This document shows, piece after piece, positions 36,838-46,483 of a stretch of DNA of 64,000 nt. A program made the translations under genes and the position numbers. The first letter of the stretch is position 1. Every line of letters starts with the position of its first letter. The DNA is from Chloroflexota bacterium (GTDB lineage: Bacteria > Chloroflexota > Anaerolineae > Caldilineales > Caldilineaceae). The stretch lies in contig BOKO01000006.1 in NCBI GenBank assembly GCA_016861025.1, positions 106,839 to 170,838 on the forward strand. The letters are read 5' to 3'. The notes below the pieces were generated by a model. The model saw only the letters and a list, made by a program, of their open reading frames with translations. It was not told where the DNA came from and did no database searches.

Positions 36838-38558
36838 GCGGTCACCGGCTCCAGCGCGTCGTAGATATGATGCACTTCTTCGCCGTGAAAGCGCGCCGTC
36901 TGGTTGGTGGGCGGCAGGCTCTCCTCGTAGAAGAAGCGCGGCAGTTCGTCATCGGCGGCGGTGAAGCCGGCCTGGCGGTTGAATTCGCGCTCGTAGTAGA
37001 GCGTCTGGCGCCCCAATTCCTCGAAGAAATCGGTCGTCAGGTCGGCGTTGTGTGCAGCATTGAGCGCGTCGGTCAAAAACTCAAGGTTGGTGTTGGTGAC
37101 AGTCTGCCCGAAGATGCACAGGCCGAGCGAATCATTGGCGGCGACCTTGATCTGCTGCTTGAGGCTCAGATCGAGCAGCGTTTCCAGATCCATCTCGCGC
37201 GTCTTGAGGCGCGGCAGATTGCCGGCGGTGTGGTCGGCGCCCTGTGCGGTCGCCATCATGGTGATGCCCGTCGCCTCGATCACACGCGGGTCGTAGGCGC
37301 TGATCGCCTGCTTTTTGATCACCGGCACGCGCGCCACATTGTAATGCGCGCCGACGCGCGCTGTGCCCTGCGCCCACAGTTTCCCCTGCTCTGTGCCGCG
37401 CCCGATCTCCGCCAGCGCCTCGACCATCCATTTCACATCGCCGAACTCGGCAAATCCGGCTTCCATCAGCACCGCCAGCGTGGCGCCCGTCTCGATCGTA
37501 TCAACGCCGAGGTCGTTGGCGATGTAGTTGAGCTGCGCCAGGTCGTCTGGGTCGCTGACACCGCAGTTTGTACCCAGCAATCCGAGCGTCTCGTACTCAA
37601 CCGGCGAGACGACCTCCTTGCCGTTGGCGTCGAAGTAGACGTTGCTACACTGGATGGCGCAGCCCGGCATACAGGGATGGGTTTGTTCGCCGCCGCGGCT
37701 GGTGTTGAGTTCGCCGATGTAGTCGCCGCCCATCTTGAAGACCTCGCCGGCGGAGACATCGGCAAGCTGACCTGCGGTGAAGTTGCGCACGGGCAGACCG
37801 CCGACGTAGTTCTGATAGTCCGCCATACCCATCGTGCCAACTTTGTTGTAGAAGTTCATGACGATCGAGTCCTCGCGCAGCATCTTGGTGTAATCCTTGA
37901 TGCTGGCCGCAACCTTCTTGGGATCGCCAAAGGGCGGCGTTTTGTCGAGATCGACGACAATCGCTTTGACGCGCTTACTGCCCATCACTGCGCCGACGCC
38001 GCCGCGCGCCGCCAGCCGCGAAGGGCGCAGATCCTTGTCGCTGAAGGCGATGCCGGCAAGCAGCCCCTGATATTCGCCGACGGGACCGCACAGCGCAATC
38101 GCCACCTTGCGGCCGTAGCGTTCATAGAGCATCTCGGCGGCGGCAAAGTTGCCTTTGCCGAGATAGGGTGTTGCGTCGTCGAAGTCGATTCCGCCGTCTT
38201 TGCGGAAGTGGATCACCACCCAATCCGGCGATGCGCCCCAAAGCGTGAAGCCAGCGATGCGAAGCTGCCCTAGCCCATAGCTGAACGTGCCCCCGCCATT
38301 GGCTTCTTTGACGCCGCCGGTCAGGGGGCTTTTGCAGCCGACGCTGGTGCGGTTGGCATTGGAAAAGGTGGAGCCAGCCAACGGCCCCGCCGAGAAGATC
38401 AACGGATTCTCCGGCGCCAGCGGATCAACGCCGGCAAGCCCGCGTTCGACCAGCGTTTTGGCGATCAAGTAGCGTCCCGCCCAGACAATCTCCTTACCGT
38501 GCAACTCACGACTGGCGATTGACCTTCCGTTCAAATCAATATCATAATAGATTCGCAT
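36834..38558 (-). CDS. Aldehyde:ferredoxin oxidoreductase family (W/Mo-bis-pterin) protein, 574 aa
   Basis: ENPLIFSAGPL, KSPLTGGVKEANGGG, RGGVGAVMGSKRVKAI, CMPGCAIQC, EYET, DLGVDTI, DSLGLC. Confidence 0.92.
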   Translation of the reverse strand: MRIYYDIDLNGRSIASRELHGKEIVWAGRYLIAKTLVERGLAGVDPLAPENPLIFSAGPLAGSTFSNANRTSVGCKSPLTGGVKEANGGGTFSYGLGQLRIAGFTLWGASPDWVVIHFRKDGGIDFDDATPYLGKGNFAAAEMLYERYGRKVAIALCGPVGEYQGLLAGIAFSDKDLRPSRLAARGGVGAVMGSKRVKAIVVDLDKTPPFGDPKKVAASIKDYTKMLREDSIVMNFYNKVGTMGMADYQNYVGGLPVRNFTAGQLADVSAGEVFKMGGDYIGELNTSRGGEQTHPCMPGCAIQCSNVYFDANGKEVVSPVEYETLGLLGTNCGVSDPDDLAQLNYIANDLGVDTIETGATLAVLMEAGFAEFGDVKWMVEALAEIGRGTEQGKLWAQGTARVGAHYNVARVPVIKKQAISAYDPRVIEATGITMMATAQGADHTAGNLPRLKTREMDLETLLDLSLKQQIKVAANDSLGLCIFGQTVTNTNLEFLTDALNAAHNADLTTDFFEELGRQTLYYEREFNRQAGFTAADDELPRFFYEESLPPTNQTARFHGEEVHHIYDALEPVTA

Positions 38559-38666
38559 CGTGACTTCTCCTGATTGTGTAACGAAGCCAAAGCACTTTTG
38601 TGCAAACCGTAAAGGTTGCGTCGACTTCAGGCAGTCACCAAGATTACCATGCAGTGAGGAAGTTGA

Positions 38667-39959
38667 TCAACTTATTTTCGGGCTATCGGCGGTTTTGCGT
38701 TCAAGCTCTTGCAGCAACTGCTGAACGCGCCGGCCGTTGTCCGGCAGCGAGTTGCGCATCGACCATGCCTTTTGCAGCAGCGTCCTGGCTTCGGCGTATT
38801 CGCCCTGCTGAATCAAGATTGCACCCAGGTTTGCCATGACGTTCACCGCCAGCGGATTCTTCGCCAGACGCTGACGCAGCTTCTCTTCCTCCACATCAAG
38901 CTTGGATTCCCCGCGCAGTTTGACGCCCAGATCAAAGATGATCGACGGCAGCACTTCTGGTCGATAGAACTCGGCGCGGTGACGCACCACGCAGCGCGTA
39001 CGCGGCACGATCATGTCTAGCTCACGCACGATGCGGAAGTTGAGCACAGCGCACGGGCATTCGTGTTCGACATCGACCTCGATGCGTTCACCGCCGCCGA
39101 TCACAGCGTTCACCGGCTCCTTCCAGTCATCAGCAGTGATGCTCTGAAAGAGCACGATCTGGTCGCTGCGGTTGGCGACGGTGAGCTTGCGACCGTTGAG
39201 CGTCGCCTCGATCTGTTCGGCGACGACGGCGCGCTCACGCTCGACCGACATCACTTGCTTCTGCGGAAACTGGACGTCAAGAATCTCGAAGAAATCGGGC
39301 GAGTAGGCGGCAAAGACGCCGACATGCTCGTGCACTTCGTCATCCTCCATCATCTCGAAGACCATCTTCTGACCGATGAAGCGTTCGAGCAGAGGATCGT
39401 AGCCGCCGCCGACGCTGCCGATCACGGTCGTGCCCAATTGACGCAGATGCACTTCGCCAGTCTCGCTGATGTAGCGCCCCGCCGGTTTGCGCAGCCCGCC
39501 GATGATCAGCCCGATCACCTCGCTCAAGGACTCGGAAGCAAGCGAAATGAAGTTGCGCAGATGCCGAACCATGCGCCGGATGGGGCCGGGGTGCAGCGCC
39601 CACTGCAGGTCATTACGGCGACGGTTGCGCGTTTTGTCGTCAAGTTCATCCGTGTAGCGATAGATCGCCTCAATGCGGCTGAACTCGTCGGCGTACATGA
39701 TGTAGCTCGACTCGACGTGGTTTTCGTCCTGCACGGCGTCGGTGTAGCGCAGCTCTAGCCCACTTGACGCCAATTCAAGCTTGCCCCACACCACTTTGTC
39801 ATCGGTGCATTCGATGGTCACGACATAGTTCGTGAACGCCTTGAGACATGGGTCACGACGGCGCGCGCGCAGATAGGCGCCGACCAGCGTAGCGAGAAAG
39901 ATCAAACCAATTGTCGCCAGCAGCGTCACATCGAACGCTTCAGAAAACCAGGAAAACAT
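38667..39959 (-). CDS. Hypothetical protein with N-terminal membrane anchor and C-terminal TPR, 430 aa
   Basis: N-terminal TM helix; C-terminal 'MANLGAILIQQGEYAEARTLLQKA' TPR-like. Confidence 0.75.
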   Translation of the reverse strand: MFSWFSEAFDVTLLATIGLIFLATLVGAYLRARRRDPCLKAFTNYVVTIECTDDKVVWGKLELASSGLELRYTDAVQDENHVESSYIMYADEFSRIEAIYRYTDELDDKTRNRRRNDLQWALHPGPIRRMVRHLRNFISLASESLSEVIGLIIGGLRKPAGRYISETGEVHLRQLGTTVIGSVGGGYDPLLERFIGQKMVFEMMEDDEVHEHVGVFAAYSPDFFEILDVQFPQKQVMSVERERAVVAEQIEATLNGRKLTVANRSDQIVLFQSITADDWKEPVNAVIGGGERIEVDVEHECPCAVLNFRIVRELDMIVPRTRCVVRHRAEFYRPEVLPSIIFDLGVKLRGESKLDVEEEKLRQRLAKNPLAVNVMANLGAILIQQGEYAEARTLLQKAWSMRNSLPDNGRRVQQLLQELERKTADSPKIS

Positions 39960-40205
39960 CGATTATCCCAGAAATCATTATGTCATGTTTATGAATGAAG
40001 CTGATAAACCTGATGAGGCGATTTGTCCTGAGCAGGTGTGTCGGACGACTGTTAGTCTGAAAAACATGTTGCATTCTATGCGAAACCTATCTCCAACGCA
40101 ACCGAGCGGACATGTTTCCAACATTCCACATATGCAATTCGGACATAACGGCGCGATAATGATTGAAGGTTCGCAGAAACGGCTGCGAATAGAATGGACG
40201 TTGAT

Positions 40206-40874
40206 ATGAAACGTATTGAAGGTGAAGTGCCGTTCGGCGATACATTGGCGTGGTGGTTGGAAGAACTTTGGCTACAAAAGGGCGTGCCCGCTTCACAACG
40301 TTCCCATCGGTTTGATCGCCCCTATCTTGCCTGGGAGTCGGTGCGTCTGGTGCGCAACCCATTTTTTGAAAACGGCACCGGCTTTGAAGGCTACTGGGTC
40401 GGTCAAGCCAATTCAGCCGAGGAAGTGCTCGATGCATTGCTGCGCGTCGGTCGCGATGCACTGGATAGCCAGACGCGGCTCTATCGTTATCAACAGAGTT
40501 TCCGCCGTCGATTGATCAACGCGCTGCACGGCGAGAAAGTGGATTTCGACGTGCTGGCTGAATGGGCGATTACGCTAGGCGCCATCCTCGGCCGGTTGCG
40601 CTGCAACATCCACCGCAATCCACAGGCGGACACCTTCCGCCGTGAAACCTACCGTCAGGTCGAAGGACTGCCGTTGATCGAATACCACGAGGTCGGCGAC
40701 GATCTACAACAAGTCTACGAAATCCGCGACAGCGAACACCCGGAGCGTCCGCGCCTCTATGTCGATCCGAACCACCTGCGCACGACCGACCAGGAAGCCT
40801 GGCAGGTGGCCGCTGCGCTTGGCAAATTCGGCCATCCGCTCGTGCGCGAGGTGTTGATGGCAAAGCCGAAGTAG
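40206..40874 (+). CDS. Hypothetical protein, ~222 aa
   Basis: Protein-like ORF filling the space between two minus-strand genes; no recognisable motif. Confidence 0.7.
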   Translation: MKRIEGEVPFGDTLAWWLEELWLQKGVPASQRSHRFDRPYLAWESVRLVRNPFFENGTGFEGYWVGQANSAEEVLDALLRVGRDALDSQTRLYRYQQSFRRRLINALHGEKVDFDVLAEWAITLGAILGRLRCNIHRNPQADTFRRETYRQVEGLPLIEYHEVGDDLQQVYEIRDSEHPERPRLYVDPNHLRTTDQEAWQVAAALGKFGHPLVREVLMAKPK

Positions 40875-40927
40875 GATTGTGGGATAGGATGATTGTGAAT
40901 CGTGAATGACAGAGCGGCTCGCCCCTT

Positions 40928-42892
40928 TTATCGCTCGCTCAGCGCCCAGTCGAGCAGCTGATTTGCCTCGCGCACGCGTTCGTATTCGCGGCGCGCTTTG
41001 ACCAGCACGTCGCCGAGCGCGTCGATGCGTTGCAACAGATCGTCCTCGCTGGACGCCGATTCCCACGCCTCGCGCAGCAGATCCTCGAACGATTTGGCGC
41101 CGTCGACATTGCCCAAGATCATGTCCAGTTCGCCGATCACCAGCTCGAACATGCGAATCTTGCGCGCCAGCAGGTCAAGCACGTGCGCCTCGATCGTCTC
41201 GTTGCAGCTCAAATTGAAGATCGTCACGTCATGCTGCTGCCCAAGCCGGTGCAGACGACCGATGCGCTGCTCGACGCGCATTGGGTTCCACGGCAGGTCA
41301 TAGTTGATCAACTGGTGGCAGAACTGTAGATTGCGTCCTTCAGCGCCGCTCTCCGTGCTGACCAGAACGCGCGCGCCGCCCTCCGCTTCGGGCTTGCGGA
41401 ATTGGGCGATTGCCGCTTCCTTCTGCTGGATGTCCAACCCACCATGAAAGCCCACCGCCGGCACATTGCGTTGCATCAACCCAACCAGAATGCTCTCCTG
41501 CGTTCGCCGATATTCGGTGAAGATGAGGAACTTGCCCGGAAAACGATCCAGAATTTCCAGCACAGCCGCCAGTTTGCGACTTTGCGGGATTGCCTCCGCC
41601 AGCGCCAGAAAACGCTGTAGCTCAGCGCGCACCTTCTCGCCGTGGGCCGCGTCCGCCAGCATCTTGCGCAGCGTCGTTGCCAGCGCCTGCGGGCTGCTGC
41701 TCAGCTCCTTTTGCAGCGTCAACAGCGTCAGGCGCAGATGTTTGGTGCTGTCGGCGTCGTTGAATCGCCGGCGGATGTATTCGGTGACCTCGCGATAAAG
41801 CCTCCACTCCGCCTCGCTCAGCTCCAGATGATAGATGGCGGCCTGGCGCCGCGGAAACTGTACGTTGACTTTGCTGCGGCGGTTGCGGATCATCACATCG
41901 TTGAGCAGGCGACGCAGCGAGGAGGCGTTGCGCGGCTGGCGCGGGTCGTAGCCGTCGAGAAAGTGGCGGCGGAAGGCGCGCACCGTACCCAATTGCCCTG
42001 GCGCCAGAATCGTGATCAGGCTGTACAGCTCCATCAGGTCATTCTGCACCGGCGTGGCCGTCAGCATCAGCACATAGCGCTTGCGAATCTGGTTGACGAA
42101 CTCCCACGCCAGCGTGCTGCGATTCTTGAGCTTGTGCGCCTCATCGACGATCAGCAGATCATAGTCGCGCGCCAGGATCGCAGCGCGCTGATGGGCGAGC
42201 TTGGCGCGATCGAGGCTGGCGATCCAGCGCCCATGCTCCGCTTGCTGCACAGCCTGCCACGCAGCGGGCTGCTCCATCACGCTGAACTCCTCGTAGAACT
42301 TGGTCTGCAGCTCCTCGCGCCACTGTTCGGTCAGCGAGGCGGGGGTCAGCACCAACACCGTGCGCACCAGGCCGCGGTGGATCAGCTCCTTCATGATGAT
42401 GCCGGCTTCGATAGTCTTGCCCAGCCCCACTTCGTCGGCAAGCAGAGCGCGCCCGCGCATCTCGCGCAGTGCACGCAGCGCCGCCTCCAGTTGATGTTCA
42501 TAATGCTCGACCACGATCTCGTCGAGGCAGATCAGACGGTCGAAGCCGCGGCTCAGACGCAGCGCCTCCGCTTGCAGACGAAGCTGGTAGACAGGCAGCG
42601 ACTCCGGTGCGCGGGCGCGCCCATGCGCCCGGAAAAAATTCTCCAGATTCTGTGGCGTCTCGATCAGGCGCGGCGGCAGCGTCACCCCCAACTGCGCAAT
42701 GCGCTCCGCCATCGAGTGATCGACGTTGTAACGATAGCCGCAGCGGAAGCACTGCAACGCAGTCTCTTCGTCCAGCCAACCGCACTGCGGGCAACGCTTG
42801 CCGACGACCGCCTCTGCAGGCTGCTGCTTCTTCTTCACCGGTTGGGTTGGCTGTTCTGGAATCTCCAGCCACTCGAATCGTTCGGTTGTCAT
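40928..42892 (-). CDS. SNF2-family helicase with N-terminal zinc ribbon
   Basis: CPQCG...CFRCG; ALLADEVGLGKTIE, IVDEAH, LTATPVQN, STESGAEGRNLQ, WNPMRVEQRIGR. Confidence 0.92.
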   Translation of the reverse strand: MTTERFEWLEIPEQPTQPVKKKQQPAEAVVGKRCPQCGWLDEETALQCFRCGYRYNVDHSMAERIAQLGVTLPPRLIETPQNLENFFRAHGRARAPESLPVYQLRLQAEALRLSRGFDRLICLDEIVVEHYEHQLEAALRALREMRGRALLADEVGLGKTIEAGIIMKELIHRGLVRTVLVLTPASLTEQWREELQTKFYEEFSVMEQPAAWQAVQQAEHGRWIASLDRAKLAHQRAAILARDYDLLIVDEAHKLKNRSTLAWEFVNQIRKRYVLMLTATPVQNDLMELYSLITILAPGQLGTVRAFRRHFLDGYDPRQPRNASSLRRLLNDVMIRNRRSKVNVQFPRRQAAIYHLELSEAEWRLYREVTEYIRRRFNDADSTKHLRLTLLTLQKELSSSPQALATTLRKMLADAAHGEKVRAELQRFLALAEAIPQSRKLAAVLEILDRFPGKFLIFTEYRRTQESILVGLMQRNVPAVGFHGGLDIQQKEAAIAQFRKPEAEGGARVLVSTESGAEGRNLQFCHQLINYDLPWNPMRVEQRIGRLHRLGQQHDVTIFNLSCNETIEAHVLDLLARKIRMFELVIGELDMILGNVDGAKSFEDLLREAWESASSEDDLLQRIDALGDVLVKARREYERVREANQLLDWALSER

Positions 42893-42953
42893 GAGGGTGG
42901 ATCGTAGCGTCAGCGATGGGGGATTGGCAAATTATTTTCTTCTCGAAAGGGTA

Positions 42954-43002
42954 TTGACAATCATTTTCACAAATGGTACAATTGTGAAAATAAATTTCAC
43001 AA
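42954..43002 (+). promoter_or_regulatory. Sigma70 promoter of the rpiR operon with overlapping palindromic operator
   Basis: TTGACA (42954-42959), 17 nt, TGnTACAAT (-10 at 42977-42982); ttgtgaaa-ataaa-tttcacaa (42982-43002); extra half-site tttcacaa at 42965-42972. Confidence 0.8.
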
Positions 43003-43019
43003 CTCAATATTGATAATCC

Positions 43020-43883
43020 ATGGACAACCAGAACAACCACGATCGCGGTGCGCTGGCAATCATCTCTGATGCGCTGCCAAAGCTGACCGGCTCAGCTCAA
43101 AAGGTGGCGCATTACATTCTGAATGCGCCGCGCGAGACGATCAACCTGACCATTACAGAACTTGCCATCAAGGCGAATGTAAGCGAAGCAAGCATCGTTC
43201 GTTTTGCTCAGTCGCTAGGCTATAGCGGTTTCCACGCGCTGAAGATCAGCCTCGCCGAAGACATCGTTTCGCCCATGTTGCTTGTTCATGAAGACCTGAG
43301 TCCAGAGGATAGCCTCGGTGTTTCCGTGCAAAAAGCCATCACGGCGGGTATGCGCTCCCTGGAAGACACACTGCGCATTCTGAATGTGTCTGTACTGGAA
43401 TCGGTGATTCAGGCATTATGCAACGCCCGCCAAATCGAGCTGTTTGCGTCGGGCAACTCGATTCCGCTGGCAATGGATCTGAACTTCCGGTTGACCAAGA
43501 TTGGGCTGCGCAGTCGGTTTTCCATTGATCCGACCATGCAGGAAATGTATGCCAGTCTGACGTCTCCTGAAGATGTAGCCGTAGGAATTTCACACACGGG
43601 CAGTTCAATCGACACGGTTCATGCATTGGAGCTGGCAAAACAGCGCGGCGCGACTGCGGTCTGCATCACAAACCACTCAGACTCGCCGCTTACGCGCCAT
43701 AGTCATTATTGCTTGTTCACATCGACGCGGGTCAGCCAATTTCGCGAAGAAGAGATGGCCTCCAATCTGGCGATGCTGGCGCTCACAGAAGCAATTTATG
43801 TAGGCATCTGTGTACGGCGCTCTGATGCATCGATTCAGGCGGTCTCTAAAACAATGCGGGCGACCCGACATCGCAAGTATTGA
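43020..43883 (+). CDS. MurR/RpiR-family transcriptional regulator (HTH + SIS)
   Basis: 'KVAHYIL...TITELA...VSEASIVRF..LGYSGF..LK'; SIS 'VGISHTGSS..A..AK..GA..VCITN...SPL'. Confidence 0.95.
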   Translation: MDNQNNHDRGALAIISDALPKLTGSAQKVAHYILNAPRETINLTITELAIKANVSEASIVRFAQSLGYSGFHALKISLAEDIVSPMLLVHEDLSPEDSLGVSVQKAITAGMRSLEDTLRILNVSVLESVIQALCNARQIELFASGNSIPLAMDLNFRLTKIGLRSRFSIDPTMQEMYASLTSPEDVAVGISHTGSSIDTVHALELAKQRGATAVCITNHSDSPLTRHSHYCLFTSTRVSQFREEEMASNLAMLALTEAIYVGICVRRSDASIQAVSKTMRATRHRKY

Positions 43884-44129
43884 ATGCAAAGGACAAGAGA
43901 GGAAATAACAGAGGAGGTGAAGGCTGCAGATCGAGGAGAAAGTTTGAAGTTGTAACGCAAGAAAAGGAGGAGAGGGGATGCCGGTTGTCCTGGCCGGCGA
44001 ACGGCATCCCCTCAAGCAACGTCATAGGGAAACGTTCCAGTGCGCTGCACTGGAGGTGAACTCCCTTTGCCGCTGTTGGGCTATTCTACCGCACAATGTC
44101 CATTTTGTTTACCGAGGAAACGCGAGAAA

Positions 44130-45410
44130 ATGAACAAGAGAGTCATCAGTCTGTTTCTGGTCTTGACTTTGCTCGTCGCTGCCGTCAGTGGGTGCACCAT
44201 TGTTGCACCACAAGCTGCACCCGCGGCGCCTGGCGACGGAACCGTAACGCTAGAGTTCACACAATGGTGGGAGCCAGAACTGCCGGCTGGCGCGTTCCGT
44301 GCGCTGATGGATGAGTTCGAAGCGCAGAATCCCGGCATCAAAGTTCAGTTGATCAGCGGCCCCTATTCCACCACCCGTGAGCAGGTGGTGGCAGGCGCCG
44401 CAGCGGGCACAATGTCAGATGTGGTTGGATTGGATGGCGCCTGGGTCAATGACTTCGTCAAACAAGGATCGTTGGCAAACTTGAGCGATCTGATGGCGCA
44501 GGCAGGCTACGACGACAGTGAATTGGCGGCGCAAATTCAATTGAACGGCGCCACCTACATGATCCCGGTGGTCAACTTCGTCTATCCTGTGTTTGTCAAT
44601 CTGGATTTGATGGAGGCGGCGGGCATCTCTAACCCGCCTGCCACGCGCAGCGAATTTGCCGCTGCCGCCGCCGCATTGGTGGATCCGGCCAACAATCGCT
44701 ATGGTTGGGTGTTGCCATTGTCGTTGGAACAGCCGAACGGCATCCAAAACGACGTCATGTCTTGGGTGTGGGCGTCTGGCGGCAGCATGATGGCGGATGG
44801 ACAGCCGGACCTGACCAACGATGCCGTGCGCAGTGTCGCGGAGTTCATCAAGGGTCTGTACGACGCTGGCGTCATTGCCCCTGGCGCCTTCTCGATGCGT
44901 GAACAGGACAAGGTTGAGGAGTTTGTCAACGGCCGCGTCGGCATGATGATCAGCAGCCTGGCGCACATCAACATGATCCGTGAGCGCAATCCTGAACTGA
45001 ACTTTGCCATCACGGCGATCCCGGCAGAAGACGGCTACACCGGCAGGCGCGGCTTACCGTACGCTTCCTGGGGCATCGGCGTCGCCGCCAATAGTCCGCA
45101 TCAGGCCGAGGCGTGGAAACTGGTCGAATTCCTGATGAGCGCAGAGACCAACTCCAGACTTTCCTCGATTGCCAATGCCTTCCCTGGCAATATCAACTCA
45201 ACGCCTGATTTCGTACAGACAGATGAACTGTTTGGCGCAGCGTTTGAGGTTTTCCAGGCCGGCTATCTCGCCAACGAGTTTGTCGGTTTGCCAGTAGCTG
45301 AAGAGCTGATGCGCCTCTTCTCCGAACAGTTCCAATTGTACCTGGACGGCAGCCAATCACTCGATGATGCGCTCAACAATGCACAGGAAGCCTGGATGGC
45401 GTATTTCTAG
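44130..45410 (+). CDS. Sugar ABC transporter substrate-binding lipoprotein
   Basis: Lipobox VAAVSGC; 'FEAQNPGIKVQL', SBP_bac_1-type features, 'EAWKLVEFL'. Confidence 0.92.
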   Translation: MNKRVISLFLVLTLLVAAVSGCTIVAPQAAPAAPGDGTVTLEFTQWWEPELPAGAFRALMDEFEAQNPGIKVQLISGPYSTTREQVVAGAAAGTMSDVVGLDGAWVNDFVKQGSLANLSDLMAQAGYDDSELAAQIQLNGATYMIPVVNFVYPVFVNLDLMEAAGISNPPATRSEFAAAAAALVDPANNRYGWVLPLSLEQPNGIQNDVMSWVWASGGSMMADGQPDLTNDAVRSVAEFIKGLYDAGVIAPGAFSMREQDKVEEFVNGRVGMMISSLAHINMIRERNPELNFAITAIPAEDGYTGRRGLPYASWGIGVAANSPHQAEAWKLVEFLMSAETNSRLSSIANAFPGNINSTPDFVQTDELFGAAFEVFQAGYLANEFVGLPVAEELMRLFSEQFQLYLDGSQSLDDALNNAQEAWMAYF

Positions 45411-45467
45411 GCAATAAAATTTCGGAGGTCAACAGTGCAGCATACGCGGCGCCGTTGACCAAACCCA

Positions 45468-45522
45468 GGTTTGCTGGAGGCTGTGCAGGCAGTAGTTTGA
45501 TCCTTGCAGCCTCCGGCAAACC
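45468..45522 (+). other. Stem-loop after the SBP gene (likely mRNA stabiliser)
   Basis: ggtttgctggaggctg (45468-45483) / cagcctccggcaaacc (45507-45522), one G-U pair. Confidence 0.65.
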
Positions 45523-45601
45523 CCATGCGGCAGAGATACTGGTTTCTCCCTCGTCTTGGCGTTCTGCGTCGATGGTTGAGGAAGATCGAGGAAACGCGTT
45601 C

Positions 45602-46483
45602 ATGCAGAAAGTCATTAGAAAATCCACCCCGTTTCTCTATCTTTCACCCACGATCCTATTGCTGACGATTCTGTCGCTCATTCCCATCGCGATGGTTTTC
45701 ACCTACTCGCTCATGGACAATGTCGTCATGAATCGGAACCCGGTGTTTGTTGGCATCGCGAATTATGTGGAAATCCTTACCAATAGCGTCTTTCAGCAGG
45801 CGTTTTCCAACACGATGTACTTCACAGTAATGAGTGTTGTCTTTCACCTGATTCTCGGCCTCTCATTCGCCATGTTGTTGAACGCCAGGATGCTCAGCCC
45901 GATCGTCAAGGCATTCTTTCGGACGATCTATATCTTGCCCTGGGTGTTTACTGCGACCATCATAGCGATCCTGTGGCGGCTGATGCTGAATCCGAACGGC
46001 GTGGTCAATTATCTGCTCGCCACTGTCGGATTGATCGACAGCCCGGTTGAGTGGCTCAGTTCCAGGCAACTTGCCTTACACTCCGTCACCTTTATCAATA
46101 TTTGGGCGGGCTACCCCTTCTATATGGTCAGTTTGTTGGCCGGTTTACAAGGAATTCCCGAAGAGCTATACGAGGCAGGCACAATCGACGGCGCCGATCG
46201 GCGACAGCTTTTTTGGTACATCACAATCCCACAGTTGAAACCGATTATTGTCAGTTTAGCGATGCTGGATTTCATCTGGACAATGCATCAATTCACCTTG
46301 ATTTGGATGACCACTGGGGGCGGACCGATTCGCGCCACCGAGATGTTGAGCACTTACACCTATAAGCTGGCATTCAGTTCGTACCAGTTTTCACATGCGT
46401 CGGCAAGCGCGTTCATCATTCTCGCTTTGTCGGCGTTTGTGGCGCTCTTCTATGTCCGACAACAAAGGGCGACCGATGAATAA
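45602..46483 (+). CDS. Sugar ABC transporter permease (MalF/UgpA-like)
   Basis: FVGIANY; EAA motif LQGIPEELYEAGTIDGA...ITIPQLKP. Confidence 0.93.
   Translation: MQKVIRKSTPFLYLSPTILLLTILSLIPIAMVFTYSLMDNVVMNRNPVFVGIANYVEILTNSVFQQAFSNTMYFTVMSVVFHLILGLSFAMLLNARMLSPIVKAFFRTIYILPWVFTATIIAILWRLMLNPNGVVNYLLATVGLIDSPVEWLSSRQLALHSVTFINIWAGYPFYMVSLLAGLQGIPEELYEAGTIDGADRRQLFWYITIPQLKPIIVSLAMLDFIWTMHQFTLIWMTTGGGPIRATEMLSTYTYKLAFSSYQFSHASASAFIILALSAFVALFYVRQQRATDE

Noticed and set aside
40010-40070. Hammerhead ribozyme core (CTGATGAG)
   Set aside because: No stem II closing directly onto GAAA.
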